The notes beneath the pieces were generated by a model that was not told the origin of the DNA, did no database searches, and saw nothing but the letters and a program-made list of their open reading frames with translations. This document shows positions 49,369-62,945 of a stretch of DNA of 64,000 nt, one piece after another. Source of the DNA: Eledone cirrhosa (Eukaryota). The stretch is taken from positions 17,856,001 to 17,920,000 of the forward strand of contig OZ024761.1 of assembly GCA_964016885.1 (NCBI GenBank), given 5' to 3'. The stretch's first letter is position 1, and the number at the start of each line of letters is the position of its first letter. The position numbers and the translations under genes were made by a program.

Positions 49369-50105
49369 CTAGCAGAAAAACCACCCTTCCAGTGGTTTTC
49401 TGCTAGCATGTGTAGTGTGTATATTGATATTATACGCAAGTATATATACATGTAGATACGATACATCAAATAAAATCGTAATTGACAATATAAATAGAGA
49501 TTAAACGAAGATGTTGTTACACTGTCTTATGTAATCAGTAACGTAATCCATGATACTTTAAAAAAAGACAATATTATATATAAACTGCATTAGGAAAAAA
49601 TTAGTGACAGAACATTAGTATGTTTATTTAAGTGATCGCCACCGGAAGTGTTGATATCACACACTCTTTCTATATATATGGTAGTTGAAGTGGTGGTGGT
49701 GGCAACGATATACCGGAAGTGCAACTTTGAAAAGAAGTCAATTTTAAATTATTTATTTTTACGAAATTATTTTTTGTTTACGAAATTTAGTAGATAAATT
49801 ATGTAATATTCATTCATTATTTATTCAAACGGCGGTGGATTGGCAGTATCGGTAGAGGGTCGGACGCCATGCTTTGACGCATAGAGTTACGGCCCTTGCC
49901 ATTCTGAGTTCAAATCCCGCCGAGGTTAACTTTGCCTTTCATCCTTACAGGGTCGATAAAATAAAGTACCAGTAATGCACTGGGTAATTGCTGGCCTTGT
50001 GCCAAAAAATAGAAACGATTATTTATTCAAAATAATCCAACTTATTTTACTAACAGGATAAAAAAAAAAAAAACGTACGCAGACCTTCCTTTATTATAGT
50101 TGAGA
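49369..50105 (-). mobile_element. non-autonomous Helitron (second copy) interrupted by a SINE
   Basis: A|TCTCAACTATAATAAAG...hairpin-CTAG|T; homologous to 26111-26659; SINE 49831-50017 with TSD ATTATTTATTCAAA. Confidence 0.72.
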
Positions 50106-50353
50106 TTTATACATGGTTTTCCGAAAAGGATCAAAAAAAAAAATTACAGTTAAAGTACTCAATATGTTCCTAGAGAATAAGTATAGTTACTGTATAAAGA
50201 AGTGACTTCTAAAAGACTAGAACAGTTTCATTTGCATAAAATCCTCATGACATTCCTGATGATTTCATACGAATGAAACAGTTCTAGTCTTGTAGAAGCC
50301 ATTTCTATGTAGTTTATATATATAGTAGTAATAATAAATACAAAAACCAAAAT

Positions 50354-50391
<38 letters not shown>

Positions 50392-50410
50392 GTATATATA
50401 TATGTATATA

Positions 50411-50464
<54 letters not shown>

Positions 50465-50469
<5 letters not shown>

Positions 50470-50812
50470 ATACTTTGGGAGGGTCATGTTGCCAATAAGA
50501 AACACACGCACCAGTTGCTTTCACTTCAATTTAATTTATTATATATTTATAAATTTACAAATTTATAAATTTCTGGTTGGTTGGTTGGTTCCACAACCAG
50601 ATAGTTGTTTATATATATATAGTCATAGTTCTTTCGTCACACACTCTGTGACCTCTTCAGTGACTGGGGATTTCTTTCTTCGTTTCTGTGCCTTTCCTTT
50701 CTTCTATCCTACGCCATTTTGTTTGTGGCAACATGACCCTCCCAAAGTATAACAATATCGGTTTCAACACACGATTTCAGATAAAGAATCTTGCTAAACA
50801 AATTCAGAAACG
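50465..50812. mobile_element. Penelope-like pLTR remnant with 5' inversion
   Basis: Homologous to 58145-58412; 50465-50705 inverted and 50727-50812 forward, with ~30-bp overlap TGGCAACATGACCCTCCCAAAGTATAACAA. Confidence 0.7.
50621..50665 (-). ncRNA. minimal type I hammerhead ribozyme
   Basis: AGTCA-CTGAAGA-G-GTCACA-GAGTG-TGTGAC-GAAAG-AA-CTA|TGACT. Confidence 0.78.
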
Positions 50813-51104
50813 AAATATATATATATGTATATATGTATATATATATACATGTATATACATATATGTGTATATATATATATATATGCATATATATATACAT
50901 GTATATATATATGTGTATATATATATATATATGCATATATATATACATATATATATATATACATATATATGTAGATAAATCTACCAAGAGTTTACGGTAG
51001 TGTCCAATCCGTATGAAGAACTCAATGTATTCCGGATATCATGGAAAGAAGAAATGTAATGAAAAATCACTTTCGGTGAAAGATAAACGGTATACAGAGT
51101 CAAG

Positions 51105-51434
51105 ATAAAATATTAAACAAATAATGAATAAACAATTCCTTATATTAAACAAAAAAAGTTCATTATTTAACGATCGTTTCTAGGATATATATGTGTTAGA
51201 GTTGGCATGCATATTCAACAGATATATACGCCGTCTTCAGAGAAGACGGCGTATATATGTGTTGGTATGTATATTTAATCTTGATAGTTTGTATAATTTT
51301 GTATAATTTTGTACATAGATCTGTTGAATATGCATGCCAACTCTAACACATATATATCCTAGAAACGATCGTTAAATAATGAACTTTTTTTGTTTAATAT
51401 AAGGAATTGTTTATTCATTATTTGTTTAATATTT

Positions 51435-51437
<3 letters not shown>
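51105..51437. repeat. ~115-bp-arm palindrome containing a hammerhead core (51168-51240, -)
   Basis: Near-perfect arms; minus strand reads CTGAAGA-[~55 nt hairpin]-GAAACGATCGTTA. Confidence 0.8.
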
Positions 51438-51474
<37 letters not shown>

Positions 51475-51480
51475 TGTGTA

Positions 51481-51540
<60 letters not shown>

Positions 51541-51791
51541 CATATATGTGTCCCTATCATCTCATTACAGTGGAATGATAGGGACTGGGGTCCCTATCAT
51601 TCCACTGTAAGGTGGACGTGTAGGTGCCACGGCAAAAAAGCACCCAGCACTCACTGTAAATGAGGTTGGTGTTAGGAAGGGCATCCAGCTGTAGAAATCA
51701 AGCCAGAATCAGTTCCCGTCCCACCCTTGCAAGCAGGGAAAAGTGGACGTAAAATGAAATGATGATGATATATATATATACATATATATAC

Positions 51792-51840
<49 letters not shown>

Positions 51841-52061
51841 TAAAAGGTTCAGTAAATCGGCATTGTGTGTGTGTATATAGTCGTGGGTAAGTTTGTTTGT
51901 ATATATTGGTTGTTTATTTGTCAAGTTGCTCTTATATGTAGATTGCTGTATTGTGTATGTGCACTTGGTGAATTCTGGGCCCCTGAATTGGACAATTTCT
52001 TGATACTTGTTTGTGACCAGCTGGTTTGTCCACAGATCTGATGTAGATTTTGTGATAACAT

Positions 52062-52147
52062 TGGTCTGAGGATCAGTTAAATCTGGAATCTGGTCTGGAA
52101 TATTAACCCAGATCACAAGCCGACTGTTTGTGAAACAATTGTAACTA
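52062..52147 (+). ncRNA. candidate hammerhead with extended stem II
   Basis: TGGT-CTGAGGA-[~60 nt incl. TCTGG...CCAGA]-GAAAC-AATT-GTA|ACTA. Confidence 0.45.
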
Positions 52148-53098
52148 TGACTGACAAATAAATTCTTGATGTAACACCTCCCCTTTATATATATATATCA
52201 TCATCATCATTATCGTTTAATGTCCATCTTCCACGCTAGCATGGGTTACACGGGAGTTGTCCCACTTGAGGCAAGGTTAGTCGGGTGACCGTGCTTCGCT
52301 CATATAGGACTATCTGGCAGGTTTTCTATGGCTGGATGCCCTTCCTAACACCAACCACATTTAAAGTGTGGAACTGCGAACTTTTTACCGTGCTACCTAC
52401 ACGGCCACATTACAGCGTGGATTGTTTTTTTGTCATGACACCTACACAATCTCGATCTCATTATCTCATTTATTTTGACTGGATGTTGTGGTACCAACTT
52501 TACAAAATATATATATATATATATCATCATCATCATCATCATCATTTAACATCCATTTTCTATGCGTCGGTTAGACGATATATATATATATATAAACCTG
52601 TCTGGCAAATTATTATTAGCACAGGTTAAAAAAGTAAACAAATTCTGATTTTACCTTGACCCTTTAGCATTTACATTACTCTATATATACTATTGAATTT
52701 TCATGATAAAGTCTTTACCTCACATAATTATAACATCGAATCTATGAGATTTTGATATTATTTATTTTGAAAACAATACCTTAACATTGGTAGCAAGTTA
52801 TGGCCGGTTTGAAAAGAAAAAGCTGAGAGAATTCTGGCCGGATTAAATGTTAAAGGGTTAAAGCAGCATCTTCTGAAGATCCAGATTTAGGATGAAAGCA
52901 GAAATTGTTTGCTTACACATCATCATCATAAATTAACATCTGCTTTCCTTTCTAGCAAGTGTTGGACAGGTCTACATAGACCAAGTCAGTACTGAAGAAG
53001 AGTTTCAGACCCCCACCCCGACACACCTAGGGCTCTAAATCCCACATACATGCACTCATATCTGTGCTAATAATAAATAAATAAACATATACACGAGA

Positions 53099-53149
<51 letters not shown>

Positions 53150-54519
53150 TGTATATATAAAGAGAGACAGAGAAGCCATACAACTATATATAGAATATCA
53201 TTGAACATTTATAAATAGCTGATGCAATACATATATACATATATACATACACACAATGGATTAATTAAGCATTGAACCTGTCTTTTTGTTTCATTGTTCA
53301 ACTTATGTGCATACATACATGTGTGTGTACTAATTTAAAGTATTATAACATATATAATATATAGATATTTTTAAGTTGAATTATATATATATTTCTCACA
53401 TTGACACAGGATCAGCATATTTGGGAGTAGGAAAGAATAGATTATATCAACCCTATACATCCTTTCCACCCCCACCCCTCTCTCTAAATAAAATATTTTT
53501 CCCAATATCACACATCAATCTAAAACCACTTTTCATATGTTGATTTAAAACTGCACTATCCACAAGTGTTTTTTAGCCTTCATATCATGTTCTCCTGTTT
53601 TATCTGATGAAAACACAAATATTATTGCATGATGATGTTTGTTTTTGAAATGCGCATAATAAAATACATGGAACTCCTTTAACCATCTTTTGATCTTATA
53701 TTATAGATATATATATATATATATATATATGGGTGCGAATTATGTGTATGTACATACACGCACACACAATATGGTCGTCAGCAAAGAGGGGACAGATAAA
53801 GGGAATCATAGATCTATAATTGGTGCCTGTTGTTCTTTTTTTAAGTGACTACCTTGAATGTCATAAAATTACTACTAACGATTGTGTCTGTTTATTGTTC
53901 ATGTCAGATGTGATCTGAGGGGAAATTTGACTTCTTTCTCAAGCAAATGTGGGGGGCAGGTATACACTTTCAGTAGACATGTAAGTAGTAGTAGTAGTAG
54001 TAACAACAGCAGTAGTAGCGTGTTCAATAACTCCATACTTCCTTGTTCCAGTACTAATAACATAAACATTAATAATTCTTTCTCACATTGACACAGGGTC
54101 AGCATATTTGGGAGTAGGAAAGAATAGATTATATCAACCCTAATTAATACTCAACTGGTATTCTATTTATCGACTCGGTAAGGCTGAAAAGGCAAATACG
54201 ACCGCGGTGGTGATTTGAACGTAGAAAGTCATGTTTCTATCACAGACACAAGTCTCGATGAGGCGGGTATAGGGGGTGTACAATCAATTACACCTATTCC
54301 ATCACATAAATTGATATTTTACATTAACGTCCCTCTACCTGTTCCCCTTCCGGAAAGAAAAAGGGGGGTGGGGTGAAATCGACCTCGGTGGGACTAAAAC
54401 TTAGAACATCCGTAGGTTGACGCAAATAAATGTGCCGACCGAAGTTGTATTTGCAGACTTCCTGCAGGCGATAATAGTTACCAAGTTGTATGGGCTCTTG
54501 GAGAACATCTGTGGCGAAG

Positions 54520-54605
54520 ACATGAGGGAGACATATAAGCATGGGCGACATGAGGGAGACATATAAGCATGGGCGACATGAGGGAGACATATAAGCATGG
54601 GCGAC
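54520..54605. repeat. 28-bp tandem repeat x3
   Basis: CATGAGGGAGACATATAAGCATGGGCGA. Confidence 0.9.
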
Positions 54606-55096
54606 AGCTGGACTTCCATGATTAATATGTATATACATAAACAAACTTGCTTAAGCTTGCACCATGGCCATGGAGTGGAGCAAAATATACCGCGGCATTC
54701 AGAATATCCAATACACTAGACCACACACACACACATGCATATGCATACATGTTAGTCGATTAAATCGAACCCAATACTTGAATCGTACCGTAGTTTATTT
54801 TATCGACTTTTGAAAACATGAAAGGCAAAATCGAACTCGGTCAAATTTGAACACAGCTCATAAAGGGACGTCACTAAACACACGAATAGGTATTTCTCTC
54901 CAACGTAGTCGTCGTTGAAGGGTTTATTAATCAATCATACCTTTCAAGGGTTATTGGTCAAGCATACCTTAATTTCCGTCTTGTACTTATCGATCTCTAT
55001 TTGTCCGAACAACTAGATTGTGTATTGTGTATGTGTATGTGCATGTACGTATGTATGTGCGTGTATATCTGCATGTATGTGCATGCATCCGTATGC

Positions 55097-55163
<67 letters not shown>

Positions 55164-55708
55164 AATACATATCGATGTCAAGCCGCATATTTTAATCGAG
55201 AAGTCATATATATTTTACAACTAAACATATTCCAGCCGAAACATTATCCGATGTTATTTAATTACTATTATAATTTATAATTTATGTCTTCTAAAGATAT
55301 GAAATATCTGGCTGTAATTTTTAGCAGTTGGATGGCGACTACATTGAGGTTGCCTCAGTGATTTCGTTCCATCGATCAGGTCCGATTCGAACTCTTGCGG
55401 TGAAAGGCTTTAATAAATAATTAACGGAACAACTGAGATAGTAAAAAAAAAAAAAAAATTAATAATAACAATAATAATAATAATAACAACAAAAATTAAA
55501 TTAAATAAACATTCAAACAAATTTTTCCTCAAGATATAACTGGTATATCCGGAATCTCCTCATGGAAGGAATAGGAAGAAGGATGTAAAATTAAATTTAA
55601 ATAAAAATTAAAAAAATCACTGCGGCAAAACCCCTAAAATAAACCCCAGCCAAGTTTGTTAATAAATTATTTTGCAGTGTATATATTTATAGCTATAGCT
55701 ATTTTATG

Positions 55709-55756
<48 letters not shown>

Positions 55757-55763
55757 TTACAAA

Positions 55764-56084
55764 TATAGCAAACATTTTATTGTTTATAATTCTTACAGAA
55801 TGAAAATATAAACACATATAATACAATTAATACTTCATAGTTGCACAAACATTACAAATCGCTTGCAATTCCTTCAGAATGAAAATATAAATAGAGCATA
55901 TAAATAAATTTACAGTAGAATAACAACAAATGTTTTAAATATATACATAAATAACATTACAAATGCCTCGGTAACACTGTTGCAAACGATTTGTAATGTT
56001 TGTTCAACTATGAAGTATTAATTGTATTATATGTGTTTATATTTTCATTCTGTAAGAATTATAAACGATAAAATGTTTCTATAT
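55764..56084. repeat. ~100-bp-arm AT-rich palindrome
   Basis: Arms ~55764-55868 / 55981-56084. Confidence 0.82.
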
Positions 56085-56640
56085 ATATATACATTACACT
56101 GTGGTATACACTTCACAGTGTGTATATATTATTGAATAGTCTATATATAATTATTTTATAACGTGTATATAATTATTTCATTGGGTGAATATATATATAT
56201 ATATATAATTATTTTATAACGCGTATATAATTATTTCATTGGGTGTATATATTTATTTTATAGTGTGTATAATAATGATTTCATAGTTTGTATAGTAGTT
56301 TCAGTGTATTATATGCACTATAAGATAATTTTCCGGTGTGTATAATCGTTCTATAGTGTAAATAGCTCAGTTAAAGTGTGTTTAGTTTTTGACGAATATA
56401 ATGCAGATATAAATAGCCCTCCAAATCGGAAGGATGCAGCCGAAGAAGAATTAATAAATAAAATACACCTGAGAGACGTGTGTATATATAACTATACACA
56501 CATACAAACATATATACATACATATAAACATACATATATACTATATATATATATATATATATATACTTATATATATATATAATACATTAACAGAGAAAGC
56601 TATTAGCGATACTCATATATATAATTAGAAAGTGAACAAC

Positions 56641-56683
<43 letters not shown>

Positions 56684-57589
56684 CATATACATGTATAAGT
56701 ATATACATACATACATATCATCGTTTGAAGTCAATTTTTCCACGTTTGCATGGGATAGACGGGTTGTCCACGCCGGGAAGCCAGTCAAGCAAAGTCGCAC
56801 CATTCACCGGTGAGGACGGTCAATTTAGCTGGGTATTTTACAGCTGGATGCCCTTCAATCACGTTTACAGTGTGGAACTGGATGGCTCCGTTATGAGGAA
56901 GGACAGGCTCGGTGGCTGCGCCGAGCTCGTCTCACAACGGAACCATATTTTCAGAGTCCGACCCATCACACAGTGGAACCCAAGTTTTTGGAAGCTGGTA
57001 CTGGGTGGCACTTCAATGAAGAGGGGCGTCCAGTCGACCGCACGAAACCAATCGCACAACGCTACCACAGTTTTGTAGCCCGGTACTGGATGACACCGCT
57101 ACGAGGAAGGACAGGTGCAGAACCACAGTTTGGGAGTTTGGCGTTGGATGGCACCACTATGCAAAGGGACTAGTGATACCACTATGAGGAGGGACAGGCC
57201 GGTTGGCCGCGCCGAACCCTACTCCCGGCGGCACCCCAGTTTCAAAGTCAGGCACTCTGCACGCGACAGACACTTCCCAATACGAAACCGGACTTTGGCA
57301 GCCTGTGACTGAATGGCACCGTTATGAGAAGAGACAGGCCTGTTGGCCACGCCAAACCCTTCACACAGCAGACCCTCGATTCAGGTATTGGATGCTGCAA
57401 CATTCCACTATGAGGTATACATGTATACACATACATATATATATAGAGAGCATTCAGCCGTAGAAAACCAGCCAGGAACACCTCTATATGAGCGAGATAC
57501 GGTCACCCGCCCCAACTTGCCTCTAAATGGGACACGTCTAACCCATGCCAGCGTGGAAGATAGACGTTAATTGATGTTGATGATATAAG

Positions 57590-57728
57590 GAGAAAGTTAG
57601 AGAGGCAGAAAGAGATGGACAGGCATGAGGCTGGGTGCAACCATGAGGAAGGCGAGAGGAATGGAAGGAGCTGGTTACTAGGTCATCTGTGGCGCTCCAA
57701 CGATTCACCAGACTACAGGACAGATAAT
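57590..57728 (+). mobile_element. RTE-type LINE extreme 3' fragment
   Basis: REEWKELVTRSSVALQRFTRLQDR* resembles an RTE C-terminus. Confidence 0.5.
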
Positions 57729-57782
57729 ATAGGATAAGAAGATACATATATCTATAAATATATATATATATATATAGAAAAG

Positions 57783-58412
57783 AATCATCAAGATAGAAAA
57801 GAATCATCTGTACTCCACCAACATGCTAAAATAGAACATAAGGGGAAATTAGAGAACATAGAAATAAAAATAGAATCTACACACAGAAAAGACGCAATGT
57901 TTAGACAAATCACAGAGGCAATAAACATAAATGAACTCCAACCAAAATTAAATAGAAAACATGAATGGAATAGCAACATCACAACTTACAATTAAGGACA
58001 AAATGAAAACACACACACACACACATAGAACAAACAACCAACCAGTAACATGTAAATAAACAAATAAATAAACAAATATAAACACACAGACACCCGGATG
58101 TAACACATGCACAAACTAAGCACACAACACACACAAAAACAAGAGGCACAAAAACAAAGAAAAGAATCCCCAGTCACTGAAGAGGTCACAGAATGTGTGA
58201 CGAAAGAACTTTGACAATAAATGAACAACCGTCCGGTTGTGGAACGAACCAACCAACCGGAAATTTATAAATTCTTAAATTTATAATAAATTGGAGTGAA
58301 AGCAACTGGTGCGTGTGTTTCTTATTGGCAACATGACCCTCCCAAAGCATAAAAATATCGGTTTCAACACACGTTTTCAGATAAAGAATCTTGCTGAACA
58401 AATTCAGAAACG
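57783..58412 (+). mobile_element. Penelope-like element 3' end (GIY-YIG C-terminus + pLTR)
   Basis: Unlisted frame SVLHQHAKIEHKG...DAMFRQITEAININELQPKLNRKHEWN*, then a hammerhead at 58173-58215 and AATAAA. Confidence 0.72.
58173..58215 (+). ncRNA. minimal type I hammerhead ribozyme
   Basis: GTCA-CTGAAGA-G-GTCACA-GAATG-TGTGAC-GAAAG-AA-CTT|TGAC. Confidence 0.78.
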
Positions 58413-58429
58413 ATATATATATATATATA

Positions 58430-58808
58430 TATATGTATGTAAAACGTAAACAGAAATAACAACATAATCGGTACTGTATATGGAAGGGATATATTAGGTT
58501 AACACTTGATATAGCAGGAAGAGGGTTTTAACGTTTCGGATGCTAGTCCTTCATCAGAAGAAAGAATGAGAAATAAGATAGATTGAGTGGACGGGCAGGA
58601 TGGAATTGGAAAAAATGTCTTTAGATAAAAATAACAGGTCCATTCATGTTGACATCTCTTGCAAAACTGTTGGTGCTGCCATTGTTTTCTGAACATTTGA
58701 GGGACATACGACTCGGTTTGGATACTCCTGTTGCCCGTCATTTCTGTTCTCCTGGTCATTCTTCCCTACATGTTTCAGTCCTGGGTGTCCTTTTACATCA
58801 TGGATCAG
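58430..58808. mobile_element. second Penelope-like remnant (GIY-YIG fragment on +, pLTR with hammerhead on -)
   Basis: [26 protein letters not shown] on +; CTGATGA-AGGA-CTAGCA-TCC-GAAACGTTA on - at 58526-58562. Confidence 0.72.
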
Positions 58809-59106
58809 TATATACACATGCATATATATATACATATAAATATATACACACATATATATACATACATGTACATACATATATATATACATATATATATACA
58901 TACATGTACATACATATATATACATATATGTACATACATATATATACATACATAGATATATACATAAATATGTATACAAGCTAGTAAACAAGGACCCACA
59001 CCCCACCCTCCCGCACCAAAATTAGACTTATCGTCCCCTACTTTTGCTCTTTACTCTTTGTTCTTGAATATTTGGTTGGTAGAGTCCATAACACCAATCA
59101 AACCCC

Positions 59107-59166
59107 TTTTATAGCTCTGACGAATCCTACGGTTACGTAAGGAAGAAACATTGTAAGCCAATAAAA
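59107..59166 (+). ncRNA. minimal type I hammerhead ribozyme
   Basis: GCT-CTGACGA-A-TCCTACG-GTTA-CGTAAGGA-A-GAAAC-ATT-GTA|AGC followed by AATAAA. Confidence 0.7.
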
Positions 59167-59329
59167 ATCTTTTGATGTTGTAGACGCTCTTGTGTTCTTT
59201 ATCATATACATACATATATACATGTCATCATCATCATCTGGTGTAGCTTGCTCAGATATTCATAAGCCTAGAACGCCATCCATCACGATCAAGCATAAGT
59301 ATTGGGAGGTCATTAGGGGGCATCCAGTG

Positions 59330-60330
59330 TCTCTACATAGTTGGTTGATGTAAGTTAAAGCAGGGTTGGCCAACCCTCCTCTCACCACGACTAGGTGCCC
59401 AAATCAAACGATCACTAACAAGTTCTTGCTTCGCTCTACAGCAGTGTCCTACAAATCGCCTTCTTATTCTTTGTTCCTGCAATATTGCAGATATATCAGG
59501 GATGGGACCAGTTCTTTAGTAGGATGCTGCAGGACTAAGAACTCAGAGGAGGCTACTCTATTTTTTATTTTGACTGGTGGTGGAGCAGATGGCTGGTCCC
59601 GTTTCTGATTTATCCGCAATATTTCAAGAACAAAGAATGCAATATTCAGAACATTGCTGGTAAGCAAAGCAAGATATTGTTAGTGTTCTTTGGTTTTGCT
59701 GATCCCTCTTGCATATAGCATTCCTACTGAAACAGTAAATGCTATGATGTTGTATAGAAACATTGTGCCTTTGGTGAGATCCCCTGGTGGAGACACTGAC
59801 TTTTTTTGCCATCTTGGCAGGAATTCTTCAGGGTGATACATTAGCCCCCATTCTATTAGTTATTACTCTGGGTTATGTCCTATGAACATCTCTTGATAAA
59901 CATAATGACTTGGGCTTTACCTTGTCTCCAAGGTTATCCAAACGTCATCCTGGGAAAAAAAATTGACTGATGTTAATTATGCAAGTGATCTAGCTGTGAT
60001 TGCTGACAAGATGGCAAATGCACAATCTTTGCTTTATCATGATGAGAAAGCTACAAATGCTTTGTGAACGCATCGAAAACAGAGTTCATTGGCTTCAATC
60101 AGCGGGGCTCTCTTAAAACACTCGCAGGAGAATCTATCAAATCTGTTGAGTACATTACATATCTTGGTAATGAAATCAATTCCATAGAAAAGGATATGAA
60201 GATCAGAATAGATAATGCATGGACCGCCCTGAAGATGGACATAATCTGGAAATCTGATCTTCCAGACAACCAAAAATGCAGCTTCTTCCATGCCACTATA
60301 GAATCTGTCTTGATGTATGGTGTGTGAGAC
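59330..60330. mobile_element. degraded RTE-like LINE pieces (APE-like remnant on -, RT fragment on +)
   Basis: + strand: LTDVNYASDL...NASKTEF...YITYLG...IESVLMYG; - strand: DISAILQEQR-like motif. Confidence 0.55.
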
Positions 60331-60544
60331 AGCCCACAGCTTTGCAGGTTTAGCTGGCCTCCTCCAAGGCATATCTCGTTGGAGGTGTCTTGGGTAATTT
60401 AATGATAGGGACCCCAGTCCTATCATCTCATTTCTACAGCTGAGTAAACTAGAGCAACGTGAAATAAAGTGTCTTGCTCAAGGAAACAACACATCACCCG
60501 GTCCGAGAATTGAAGTCACAACCTTTCGATTGCAAGCCCAATGC

Positions 60545-62284
60545 TTTACTTTCTCGTATGCGATTCGAGATGCCCCAAAGGCAACTTTCCCCTCATATAC
60601 AGTCTTTCTCCATTTATTACGATCAGCAGCAAGATTTTCCCATGTATCAGCAGAGATGTTAGCGTCTTTCAAGGAATCCTTAAACTCTCCATAAAAGAGT
60701 TGTTTTGGTATTCTAGAATCCTTCATCCTGGCAAGGTGACCATTCTAACGGAGTCGTTGCTTAAGCACAAGAGCTTCTATACTGACACACAGAGAGCTTT
60801 CCAAAATCTCGACATCACTGATGTGGTCCCTCCAGTGAACGCCATAGATCCGTCTGAGACACATCTGATGGAAACACTCCAATTTCTTAAGGTGGTGTTG
60901 ATATGTGACAAGAGAAGAGAGCACACATGCCTTGTACACCTTTAGCTTTGTCTTCTTGCATATGTCTCGCTGAACCCAGAGTTGCCTTTCTAGCTTTCCC
61001 AAAGCATAACTTGCTTTCCTAATCCTGAGTGGGATGTCATTATCAAGGTTGCTGTATCAATTGACAGTGCTTCCCAGGTAGACAAACTGATCAACCACTC
61101 CAAGTTGTTTACCATACACATAGATATTTGGTTCACTGTACTGCTTACCAGGAGCAGGTTGGTACATGACGACGGTTTTCTTGAGACTGACAGTCAATCC
61201 TAGGGCAGTGCAAGCATCAGAAAATGCATTCAAATGTGTTGCATATCACTGTGCGCGCTACAAAATCGCAATCATCTGCATACAAGAGGTCTCTTATGAT
61301 TGATGTAAATACTTTTGTTTTTGCAGCAAAGCGCCTGATGTTAAATATGCTGCCTGAGGTTCGATATCGGATGTAAACACCATGCTGTAAATTCCTAAAT
61401 GCAATACAGAAAACCATTGCAAAGTATATGGCAAACAGGGTCGGTGCTGGAATATCCCCCTGTTTCACTCCATTTTTTTTACTGAGATAGGCTCCGACAT
61501 GTTACCTCTGACATTAACCCCAGCCTTCATGTCGTCATGGAAAGACCTAACTAAAGCAAGGAACTTCTCAGGGCAACCAAGTTTCTGGAGAACCTTCCAT
61601 AATGCATTTCTGTTAACAGTATCGAAAGCTTTTGCCAGATCGACCAAAACCTGATACAGATCTAAACCTTGTTCCATGCACTTCTCCTGGAGCTGTCTAG
61701 CTGAGAAGATCATATCAGTAGTGCCGCGTCCAACACGAAAACCAGATTGACTTTCAGGAAGAACACAATCTGCAATGTGTGTCAGCAGACGGTCCAGAAG
61801 CACCCTACATAAAACTTTCCCCACGACAGAAAGCAATGATATACCTCTGTAGTTCCCACAATCATTCCTGTTACCCTTTCCCTTGTACAAGACCACCATT
61901 ACTGCATCTCTCCAGTCCTCAGGTACGGATTCATTAGCCCATATCCTGCCAAACAAAGAGTGAAGATGTTGCAGGAGTCTCTCACCACCATATTGTAGGA
62001 GCTCTGCATGTATGCCATCCATACCTGGAGACCTTCCACTGTTCAGCTTCGAGATAGCCACTGCAACCTCCACAAGCATCGGAGGTTCTGCAAGAGCTAC
62101 TTTCACAGGACTTTCTGGAATGAGATTGAGGAAATCTTCACTGACAACAGACGGCTGATTCAAAAGCTCATGAAAGTGCTCTCGCCACCTTCGTAGAATT
62201 CCTTGTGAGTCACGAAGAACTTCTTTGCCATACTTGCTGCGAAGCAGTGTCACCAGAGAAGAAGACGGACCATAAACTTCACGC
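60545..62284 (-). mobile_element. RTE/BovB-like LINE, frameshifted RT region
   Basis: RWREHFHELLN, SPGMDGI, YKGKG..NYRGISLL, QSGFR..TTDMIF, DLAKAFD, LLYADD, KKTKLKVYKA. Confidence 0.9.
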
Positions 62285-62287
62285 ATG

Positions 62288-62336
<49 letters not shown>

Positions 62337-62700
62337 GATAATAATGGAGCTGCGGTGCTGCAAATGGGTTACATATGAAAAAGTTTGTCCTCATCAGTGG
62401 CCATCCAACCGTCGTAGGCATTTCGTCGCATTACTATATGTATATATATACATATATATATATATATATACATACATATATATATACACATATACATACA
62501 TGTATACATATACATACATATATACACATATACATACATGTATACATATACATACACATGTATATATACATACACATGTATATATACATACACATATATA
62601 TATATACATACGCATATATATATATACATACACATATATATATATATATATATACGCATATATATATACATACGCATATATATACATACACATATCTCTA
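62285..62700. repeat. (TA)/(TACA)n microsatellites
   Basis: Direct inspection. Confidence 0.9.
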
Positions 62701-62704
62701 TCTC

Positions 62705-62945
62705 TAAGGACGGTAAAATTCCTGAGATCCATGGACGAGTTCTCTCCAGCGGTCTCTGTCCCTCATTATCGCTGCCATGTCCTGCGTCTCCAACAGACCA
62801 GTGTCTGTCCTTAGGGCATCAACATACGTTAACCTTGGTCTTCCTCTTCTAGTGTGTCCATGTAGGGGCTCCCAAAGGAGCACTGAGTGCAATGTCAACT
62901 CTGGATGTCGGTGAACATGTCCAGCTAACCTCAGTCTCCTCTGTG
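62705..62945 (-). mobile_element. RTE-type LINE 3' end
   Basis: RRLRLAGHVHRH...[21 protein letters not shown]...DRDRWR. Confidence 0.8.

Noticed and set aside
54935-54995. Minus-strand donor-like sites as SLF1 5' UTR exon
   Set aside because: No independent evidence; the promoter and UTR exon cannot be located from sequence alone
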